DNA of 64,000 bases from Alphaproteobacteria bacterium. GTDB lineage: Bacteria > Pseudomonadota > Alphaproteobacteria > SP197. Position 1 is the first letter of the stretch; every line of letters starts with the position of its first letter. Below, in pieces: positions 8,798 to 15,956 of the stretch. Made by a program: the position numbers and the translations under genes. Location: contig OZ242305.1 in NCBI GenBank assembly GCA_965207785.1, positions 342,133 through 406,132 on the forward strand, in the 5' to 3' direction. The notes beneath the pieces were generated by a model. The model had not been told where the DNA came from, made no database searches, and saw nothing but the letters and a program-made list of their open reading frames with translations.

Positions 8798-9487
8798 TCA
8801 GAACCGTTCCTGACCTGCGACCGCCAGGATTATGAGCGACGGCGTGATGAGGTTGATCAGGTCAAAGAGCGTGTAGAGTGCTACGATACTCGGCGATTGT
8901 CCCGTTCCGATCACCACATCGACAAAGTGCAGAATGGGATAGATCGCCCAGCCGACAGTCATGATCAGGCGGATCCAGAAGTAACCCAGGCGCACCGCCC
9001 GGCTCTGCCGACGGACGACGTCGGCCAGGGGGCCGAAGTAGAACTCTCCGAGGATGTAGAGCCAGAAGCCGATGGAGAGCAGTACACCCAGAGTCGGATT
9101 GAAGAAGCCTGCGTCGCCCAGGTAGCGCGCGAACACCATCAGCAGCGCGGCGGCTGCCGTGCGCCAGAAAATTCCCACCGGGGGTTTCGCCAAGGCGCGC
9201 ACGAAGAAGTACATGGCCGCGACCTGCAACGGGTGCACCGTGAACCAGGCGGCAAAGCGGATGCCCCCGCTTGACGCTCCTCCTTGCAGCCACAGGGACG
9301 CCGCGCCGGCATAGTGCAGCGCCGACGCCAGGGTGGCGACGGCTACCATTGCCACCGGAATCCGCCACTTTTCGGAGGACCAGCTCAGGCCCGCGAGACA
9401 CAGGACTGCGGTAGAGAAGGTGGCCAGTGCGGCGATGACGAAGCTGCTGGCGACCACGTGCTGCGAGGTGTAGAGAACTCCGAACAT
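8798..9487 (-). CDS. proteorhodopsin-family (Bac_rhodopsin) homolog lacking the Schiff-base lysine
   Basis: 229 aa, 7 TM. By-eye alignment to green proteorhodopsin: EKW..HY (helix B), RFAAWFTVHPL vs RYIDWLLTVPLL (helix C), YLGDAG vs YMGEAG (helix D), GWAIYP identical (helix F), LYTLFDLINLI vs IYNLADFVNKI (helix G). The lysine position is Leu. Confidence 0.8.
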   Translation of the reverse strand: MFGVLYTSQHVVASSFVIAALATFSTAVLCLAGLSWSSEKWRIPVAMVAVATLASALHYAGAASLWLQGGASSGGIRFAAWFTVHPLQVAAMYFFVRALAKPPVGIFWRTAAAALLMVFARYLGDAGFFNPTLGVLLSIGFWLYILGEFYFGPLADVVRRQSRAVRLGYFWIRLIMTVGWAIYPILHFVDVVIGTGQSPSIVALYTLFDLINLITPSLIILAVAGQERF

Positions 9488-9497
9488 GTCCTTCTCC

Positions 9498-10901
9498 CTA
9501 GACTTGTGCCCTGATGTGCGCCGAACGTCCGTAGAGAGCCACCATGGGCAAGATCAGGAGGCCGAAAATGAACTGCTGCCACTCGTACTGAAGTCCGATT
9601 CCGATCAGAAACGAACTCAGCACCTGAAGCACCAGGACACCGATGACCGTGAACCCGTAACCGCCGTAGCCGCCGAGCAACGACGTGCCGCCGATGACGA
9701 CGGCCGCCAAAGTCGTAAAGAGGTAGGGATCGCCGACTCCGATGAAACCGCCTCCTGACCAGCCAAGAAGCAGCGACCCTGTCAGGGCGGCGAACACTCC
9801 GGACAGAACATAGGCGAGGGTCCAGTACTTGAACTCCGAGACGCCGATCAGCCTCGCTGACTGGCGGTTGCCGCCGAGGCCGTAGAGGTGGCGTCCCCAT
9901 GCCGTATGGCGCAGGCCGATGATGATGACCGCGGCGATGACGACCCAGATCAGGATGGTCGGTGGAAAGGCCAGACCGAAGGTCTCGCCATTCATCGCCG
10001 CCAGATTCTGCAGCCACGAGGGAACCGTGCCGAATACGTTGCCACTGAATGCCGTGCCGATGGATGTCAGGATCTGCACGAGTCCGGCGATGCCGAAGCC
10101 GATGCCCAGCGACACGATCAGCGCCTGGCCCTGCAGTCTGAAACTCAGGACCCCGTTCAGCAGGCCGATGAGACCGCCGATCAGAAGGACGAAACCGAAG
10201 GCGACGTAGGACGGCACACCGAGGCTGATCAGAAACAGCAGCCCGATGTTCGCGGCGCCGATCACGAAGGGGATCGAGAGGTCAAGTCCGCCCATGAGGG
10301 CCACCAGCGTCTGACCGACGCAGGCGATGCCGAGGAACGAGGCGAACAGCAGGATGGCCTTCACGTTCGTACCGGAGAGAAACCCGTCGATGGTGAACGA
10401 GGAGATGACGATCAGGGCGGCGAGGACGATCAGCCCGATGAAGGCGCTTCGCCCGTGGGCGAAGCGCCCTGATACCTTGAAGGCGAAGAGAAGGATCGCC
10501 TCCAGAACCAGAAAGGCGATGAGATTGGTCACTGTCCGGAAGGATTCAACCGAAGCGGTGATGATGAGGTAGGCGAGCAGCAGCAGGCCCATGGCGATAA
10601 TCATCACGCGATTTGACTGCCACACGCCCCTTGCGCCGCTGGCCGGCGCCCTGGTCCCGGTACTGCGGGACTCGAACATGACCACGATGTAGTTGAGGAG
10701 CCACAACAGCACCGCAACCGACACGACAGTGGAGACGATGACGTCCTGGGCCGCCAGCCCCTGACCGAATCCGACCCCGAAGCCGATGGCGGCCACGATC
10801 AGTGCCGCCGCCAGGTTGATCCAGATCATGAACGCCGACCGCGGCATGGGTATAAGCTGCATCCTTGAATCGCGCTCGGCGGGAGGCCGTTCCTCAGTCA
10901 T
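9498..10901 (-). CDS. sugar-type ABC transporter permease (BPD_transp_2, RbsC/AraH-like) with an N-terminal 2-TM extension
   Basis: 467 aa. Canonical permease core from about residue 95, preceded by about 92 extra residues. ATGA overlap with the upstream permease. Confidence 0.8.
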   Translation of the reverse strand: MTEERPPAERDSRMQLIPMPRSAFMIWINLAAALIVAAIGFGVGFGQGLAAQDVIVSTVVSVAVLLWLLNYIVVMFESRSTGTRAPASGARGVWQSNRVMIIAMGLLLLAYLIITASVESFRTVTNLIAFLVLEAILLFAFKVSGRFAHGRSAFIGLIVLAALIVISSFTIDGFLSGTNVKAILLFASFLGIACVGQTLVALMGGLDLSIPFVIGAANIGLLFLISLGVPSYVAFGFVLLIGGLIGLLNGVLSFRLQGQALIVSLGIGFGIAGLVQILTSIGTAFSGNVFGTVPSWLQNLAAMNGETFGLAFPPTILIWVVIAAVIIIGLRHTAWGRHLYGLGGNRQSARLIGVSEFKYWTLAYVLSGVFAALTGSLLLGWSGGGFIGVGDPYLFTTLAAVVIGGTSLLGGYGGYGFTVIGVLVLQVLSSFLIGIGLQYEWQQFIFGLLILPMVALYGRSAHIRAQV

Positions 10902-12265
10902 GGCGACATTCCTCCGAACACGGTCATGTCACCCTGGACCATCACCAGCGCGAACAGCGCGATCACGAGAACCGCAAGCAGGACGTAGGTGAAGAGACCG
11001 AGCTTTTGCCGGCGGGCCTCGGCGCTCATCAGCCGCACCGCCAGCGTCACTGCGGCCGCGGCGACGACGATGCCAAACGCGATTCTCTGGAGAAGCGAAA
11101 ACCGCGGCACTGTCGCCTCGGCACCCGCGGGCGCGACCAGGAGGTAGCGTGTCGCAAGGTCGGCGTTTTCCGCTGCGGCGGGGCCTTCCGCCGGCAGGTA
11201 GGAGCCGGAGGTTGCCACATGCAGCAGGATGCCGGCGACGACGGTGCCGAGAACCAGAAACGCGCTCCAAGGCGATATGAACGCGATGTGCCGGGCAACG
11301 ATCGGGACCAGGAGAGTCAACAGCAGGGACAGAACCAGGATGATCCCGTAGCTCATCTGCGTGACGAATGCCTGGATGGCACCGAAGTTGAGCGTCGCGA
11401 GGACGTAACCGATCAGGTAGAGGTTCAGTGCACCGAGAAGGGCGCCCGTGACACCGCCTCGGCCGCCGGCCAGGCTGACACCGCCGAGCACGAGCGCAGT
11501 GACAGCCGTCAGGGTCATGGTCGTACCCTGAGTCGGATCCCCTGAGGCGATGAGAGCGGTGTAACAAATGGCGCCCAGTCCGACGAACAGACCGGCGATG
11601 ACGTGGGCGCCGATGCGCACGACGTAGATGCGCACCCCGCTGGTCCAGGCCGCCCGCTCGTCGTACCCCATCATCCTCAGGTTGCTGTAGAACCGCGTCA
11701 GTATGAAGAGCAGCCAGCCGACGGTGGCGATCACGACGATCAGAAGGACCGGCGAGAAGATCGTGGTGCCACGGCCCCAGCTTGCCATCCATTCCGGTGC
11801 CAGACCGCCGGGGCGTGGGAGGATGACCAGGTTGATGCCCGATAGCGCCAGGAATCCGGACAGCGCGACGATAATCGGCTGAACCCGGACCCAGATCACC
11901 ACGAGAGCAAAGAACAGCTGATAGAGAACGCCCAGCCCGAGTGCCACCAGGAAGACGCCGAACGGGCCGGTGACCAGATCCAGCATGTTCAGCTTGACGA
12001 TCGTCACGTTGATGAAGGCAAGTAACGGGCCGACGGCAAGGTCGATGGTGCCGCGGCCGGCGATGGCAAGTGACATCAGCGCGTAGGTCGCCAGAGTCAG
12101 CGGAGCGGCGACGATGATGGCGCTGCCGATTCCCGACATCGAGACGAGATGCGGACCGCGGATGGCAGCTGTCGACAGCAGCACCATGATGAGCGCGATC
12201 GGCACCAGGAGATAGGTGTTCGTCGTCGAGGTGCGTTCTGACATCCCGGTCAGGCCCGCAGCCAT
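10898..12265 (-). CDS. sugar-type ABC transporter permease (BPD_transp_2) with a C-terminal 3-TM extension
   Basis: 455 aa. Canonical core ends near residue 325 and is followed by about 130 extra residues with three hydrophobic helices. Confidence 0.8.
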   Translation of the reverse strand: MAAGLTGMSERTSTTNTYLLVPIALIMVLLSTAAIRGPHLVSMSGIGSAIIVAAPLTLATYALMSLAIAGRGTIDLAVGPLLAFINVTIVKLNMLDLVTGPFGVFLVALGLGVLYQLFFALVVIWVRVQPIIVALSGFLALSGINLVILPRPGGLAPEWMASWGRGTTIFSPVLLIVVIATVGWLLFILTRFYSNLRMMGYDERAAWTSGVRIYVVRIGAHVIAGLFVGLGAICYTALIASGDPTQGTTMTLTAVTALVLGGVSLAGGRGGVTGALLGALNLYLIGYVLATLNFGAIQAFVTQMSYGIILVLSLLLTLLVPIVARHIAFISPWSAFLVLGTVVAGILLHVATSGSYLPAEGPAAAENADLATRYLLVAPAGAEATVPRFSLLQRIAFGIVVAAAAVTLAVRLMSAEARRQKLGLFTYVLLAVLVIALFALVMVQGDMTVFGGMSP

Positions 12266-12292
12266 GATTCAAGCGCCGGGCGCGGCCATTGC

Positions 12293-13231
12293 TCAAAGTT
12301 CGATCACGCGGCGCGGATCCGCTTTCGGGGACTGCTGCGGCCTGGCAGCCGGTCCGGACAGCGAACGGCCTTCCCCGCGTCGCTGCGGATCGTTCTGCAG
12401 GATCTTCTTGAGGACCGGCGCCACGACATTCTTGAACTTTTCCGGATCTTCGGAGGTCGGGAAGTGCCCGCCGGAAAAGATGATGCACTCGCAACCCTTG
12501 ACTTTCTCCGCCGTGCGCTCGGTCATTTCGGGCGTACAGGCGAAGTCGTAGTCGCCGGTCAGGAAGTAGAGGGGCAGTCGCCCCGAAATCCTGTGCACCT
12601 TGTCGCGGTAGTCGCTGTCGACGGAGTAGTAGTAGAGGTCCCCCTTGAAGATGCCCGGTCCGCCCTGTGCATAGTACCACCAGGTTTCCCAGCGGTACTG
12701 GTCCGGACTCTCCGGCGACATCAGGCCGAACACCGATGTCGCCACGGCCTCGCCTCCATGTACGTGCGGGTGATGCAGTGGGTCGATCCACCATCCCGGC
12801 GAGTGGTCGCAGGCTTCCAGTGCGATCAGCGCCGAAAACTCGTTCTCGTAGTTGAGGGCGAGTTCAAGGCAGATGTTGCCGCCCATCGACTGGCCCATGA
12901 TGACCGGCTTGTCCAGATCGAGGGCGCGGCAGAAGGCGACAATGAACTCTGCGTAGAACCGCGACGTCAGCTTGTATTCATCCTCCATCAGGTAGAAGTC
13001 CTCGGGAGGAATCGATTTTCCATGCCAGGGCAGGTCGAATGCGATCATGCGGAAATTCGACGAGAAGTCCGGCTCGCAAAGCTGATGGCGATACTGACGG
13101 CAGTCGGTGCCGGCGGTGTGCAGGCAGACCATGGGAATGCCCTCGCCCGTTTCCTCGTAGTATGTCCTGTAGGTCTTTCCCTCGCAGGTCACGTAAACGT
13201 AGCGTCCGATGATGGGATCATGCGGGTTCAT
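12293..13231 (-). CDS. alpha/beta-fold hydrolase
   Basis: Nucleophile elbow GQSMGG, LHTAGTD oxyanion region, C-terminal GGHFP histidine. Start at MNPHDP (ATG 13231), preceded by GGAGAG. Confidence 0.8.
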   Translation of the reverse strand: MNPHDPIIGRYVYVTCEGKTYRTYYEETGEGIPMVCLHTAGTDCRQYRHQLCEPDFSSNFRMIAFDLPWHGKSIPPEDFYLMEDEYKLTSRFYAEFIVAFCRALDLDKPVIMGQSMGGNICLELALNYENEFSALIALEACDHSPGWWIDPLHHPHVHGGEAVATSVFGLMSPESPDQYRWETWWYYAQGGPGIFKGDLYYYSVDSDYRDKVHRISGRLPLYFLTGDYDFACTPEMTERTAEKVKGCECIIFSGGHFPTSEDPEKFKNVVAPVLKKILQNDPQRRGEGRSLSGPAARPQQSPKADPRRVIEL

Positions 13232-13245
13232 CGTTGTTCTCTCCG

Positions 13246-13650
13246 TCAGATTTCGCGCATCAGTGCGAGCATGCGGGTCAGTGCCCTCACGTTTTGCCAG
13301 AACGACAACTGATTGCCGTCGATCACCAGCTGCTTGTGCAGCGGATGCGCCATGGCCCAGATGTCGTTGAACATGGGCGGGGGCACGGGTTGGCTGAACT
13401 TTTCCCATGCGCTCGAGGGCGCGCGCAGGGCAAACTCGAAACCGAAGTCGTTCGGAGTCAGGCCCTCCGAAATACGGACGATCTTGCCCTTCTGGACCTC
13501 GAACAGGAATTCGGTGTCGTCAAAGGCGATCAGGAACCGGTGATTGAAGAACCTGCCGATGGTCGGCAGGATCCTGTCTTCATTGACGCGACGCGCCCAG
13601 CGCTCGACCCATTCAAGGTCGAAACTGGCTCTGCGGCCATATCTGCTCAT
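13246..13650 (-). CDS. small SCP2-like (sterol/lipid carrier fold) protein, tentative
   Basis: 134 aa from MSRYGRR (ATG 13650, GGAGGA upstream). The pattern FLIAFDDTEFLFEVQKGKIV...FEFALRAPSSAW...LVIDGNQLSFWQNVRAL resembles SCP2/UbiT-like domains. Family assignment is by eye only. Confidence 0.45.
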   Translation of the reverse strand: MSRYGRRASFDLEWVERWARRVNEDRILPTIGRFFNHRFLIAFDDTEFLFEVQKGKIVRISEGLTPNDFGFEFALRAPSSAWEKFSQPVPPPMFNDIWAMAHPLHKQLVIDGNQLSFWQNVRALTRMLALMREI

Positions 13651-13687
13651 GAGGTCCTCCTGTCGGTTCAACAGTAACGTGCATGCG

Positions 13688-15853
13688 TCATGCGGCGGGT
13701 AACGGAGTGCGGGCGGGTCCGTAGACCGCGGTGAACGAGGCCTGGTCGATCGCGACCGGCAGGACCGCCGCACCGAAAGCGGCGAGGTCCGCGTCCGCCG
13801 CAACGCCAATTCTGGGCACCTTGAGTGCGTATAGCGTGAAGACATAGCGATGCTGGCTGTCTGGAGGCCACGGACCGCCCCAGCCGCGGCCGAAGCCTGG
13901 TATGCCGAAGGTCACGAAGTCGGAATTGAGTTCCAGGGCGGCGTCCGGAAGCGTCTGGCCGCTGGCTCCTTCCGGCAGTTCGCGAACGTCTCCTGGAATG
14001 TTGCAGACCAGCCAGTGAGCGAAACTGCGTGGAAAGTTGAAGGCTTCCGGCACGTCCGGGTCGGTGACCGACAGCGCGAAACTTCGCGTGCCGTCTGGTA
14101 CGCCGGACCAGGAGAGGGCCGGCGATTTGGTGCTTGATTCACAGAACCGGTCCGGCACCACCGAGCCCTGGGGAATGTCCGGGGCGCCGAAGAGAAAGCC
14201 TGACTGGTTCATCTTGTCCTCCAAGACGGTTGAAGACACCAATGGCACCGGTCGGCCGCCTGGCCGCCCATCCGACGGAAACGGCGCTGTTGCCGGTTGT
14301 CGCCCGAGTCGGTCGGCGTCATGACCGCCTGCCGACAGGACCGCGCCGCTGCGCCGGCCGAACATGGCGTTGAGAATATCGTGACCGTCGAGCGGCGGCG
14401 AGAACTCCGCTGAGATGGCGCCGTTGCGGAACACGTGCACCCGGGTGCAGAGATCGAGGAATTCCTCGATTTCGGACGACAGAAACACGACCGCGTTGCC
14501 GCGCGCCGCGAAGGCCCTGAGATTGTGATAGAGGTCGCGTTTGGCACCGACGTCGATGCCGCGGGCGGGATCGTTCAGGACCAGGACCGAAGGCTTTTCC
14601 GCAAAGGCGCGGGCGATCAGGACCTTTTGCTGATTGCCGCCCGAGAGGGATGTGACAAGATCGTCAGATGAACCCATCCGCACATCGAGTCGCCCGGACT
14701 CCCACTCGAAGACGGGGCGGAGTTTTGTCCGGTTGATCAGGTTGAGCCAGCCGCCGGTCCGATACTCCCGGTAGACCGGAAGCAAGAGGTTCTCGAAGAT
14801 GCTGAGATTGGCGAAGATTCCTTCCTTCGCGCGGTCGCCGGAGACATAGCTGATGCCGTTCTCCCGAGCCGAGCGGAGATCGTCGACCGGGACTGCCGTC
14901 TTGTTGCGGACGATGGCGATGCGGCCCTCCACCATCGCCTGGACTCCCGCGATGGCGCGGACGAAGTCAGCGTGTCCGTGCCCGTCGAGTCCTGTGATGC
15001 CGACGATCTCGCCGGGATGAATTGTGAAGTCGAAAGAACCGGCGCCGGCCCACACCCGCGCTCCGAGAACGCGCAGGAGAGGATGATCCGACATGCGGGA
15101 GACCGGATCCTGAGATGCGCACTCCCCGTGTCGGCCCTTGCCGGCGATCATGTCCACGATCCGGGCTTCGCTGATGTCCTGACTTGCCAGGGTGCCGATC
15201 GAACGCCCGTCGCGAAGCACGGTGGCGCTGTCGGCAATGCGCACCAGTTCGGCGATGCGATGGGTGACGATCATGATTGTGCAACCCGCGGCCTTCATCC
15301 GGCGCATCTTGCTGAACAGCCGTTCCGTGGAGTCGAAGTCGAGGGCTGCCGACGATTCGTCGAGGATCAGGACCTTGGGGTCGGTCAAAATCGCGCGGGC
15401 GATGGTGACCCATTGCTTGATCGACAAGGGGAGTTCGACGACGGCAAGGTCAAGGTCGAGTTCGAATCCGAGAAGCTCCATCATCAGTTCGCCGGCTGCG
15501 CGGTAACGCTCCTCCCTGGCAACCGGAGTGCCGAGCAGACTGTCGGCGCCAAGATAGAGGTTGTCGAGAACCGAGCACTCGTCGGCGACCAGAACTTCCT
15601 GAAAGACGTTTGAAATGCCCAGTTCCCGGGCTTCGTAGGGAGAGCTTGCGGACTTGCCGAGAATCGAGACGTGGCCGCTGTCGGGGATCAGCACCCCGGA
15701 GATCACCTTCGCAAGCGTGCTCTTGCCGGATCCGTTGCCGCCAATGATCGCGTGAATCTCGCCCGCCGACGCGCGCAGCGACACACCGTCGAGGGCAACC
15801 GTCGGGCCGAAGGCCTTGCTGACGTCGGAAATCTCGACGGTGGCAACGGCCAT
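13688..15853 (-). CDS. tandem-NBD sugar ABC ATPase (RbsA/MglA-like) fused in frame to a C-terminal PEBP/YbhB-YbcL domain
   Basis: Walker A GGNGSGKST, LSGGNQQK signature, and a second degenerate NBD. About 50 aa of low-complexity linker follow, then a 174-aa PEBP-like domain (TDPDVPE...HWLVCNIP...GPWPPDSQHRYVFTLYAL). Confidence 0.8.
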   Translation of the reverse strand: MAVATVEISDVSKAFGPTVALDGVSLRASAGEIHAIIGGNGSGKSTLAKVISGVLIPDSGHVSILGKSASSPYEARELGISNVFQEVLVADECSVLDNLYLGADSLLGTPVAREERYRAAGELMMELLGFELDLDLAVVELPLSIKQWVTIARAILTDPKVLILDESSAALDFDSTERLFSKMRRMKAAGCTIMIVTHRIAELVRIADSATVLRDGRSIGTLASQDISEARIVDMIAGKGRHGECASQDPVSRMSDHPLLRVLGARVWAGAGSFDFTIHPGEIVGITGLDGHGHADFVRAIAGVQAMVEGRIAIVRNKTAVPVDDLRSARENGISYVSGDRAKEGIFANLSIFENLLLPVYREYRTGGWLNLINRTKLRPVFEWESGRLDVRMGSSDDLVTSLSGGNQQKVLIARAFAEKPSVLVLNDPARGIDVGAKRDLYHNLRAFAARGNAVVFLSSEIEEFLDLCTRVHVFRNGAISAEFSPPLDGHDILNAMFGRRSGAVLSAGGHDADRLGRQPATAPFPSDGRPGGRPVPLVSSTVLEDKMNQSGFLFGAPDIPQGSVVPDRFCESSTKSPALSWSGVPDGTRSFALSVTDPDVPEAFNFPRSFAHWLVCNIPGDVRELPEGASGQTLPDAALELNSDFVTFGIPGFGRGWGGPWPPDSQHRYVFTLYALKVPRIGVAADADLAAFGAAVLPVAIDQASFTAVYGPARTPLPAA

Positions 15854-15883
15854 GTCAGATGTTCCGGCAGGCCCGCAAGGCCG

Positions 15884-15921
15884 GGCTCGCCACTGCCCGG
15901 CTTGCAGGGCAGTGGCGAGCC
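15884..15921 (-). terminator. perfect 15-bp stem-loop between the SBP and ATPase genes (attenuator or mRNA stabiliser)
   Basis: GGCTCGCCACTGCCC (15884-15898) pairs with GGGCAGTGGCGAGCC (15907-15921), 8-nt loop, no clear U tract. Confidence 0.45.
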
Positions 15922-15956
15922 ATTACCCGTTCCTTTCGGGCAACGAGGGCCAAACG

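Noticed and set aside
10929-12794. 621-aa minus-strand ORF spanning the permease and hydrolase genes
   Set aside because: Alternative frame of two well-supported genes, with proline/arginine-rich low-complexity translation.
12293-13650. Lower GC of the hydrolase/SCP2-like genes as evidence of recent horizontal insertion
   Set aside because: Hand counts on three 60-nt samples gave 50-62% against about 63% for a control sample. That difference is too small and too noisy to support a claim without computation.
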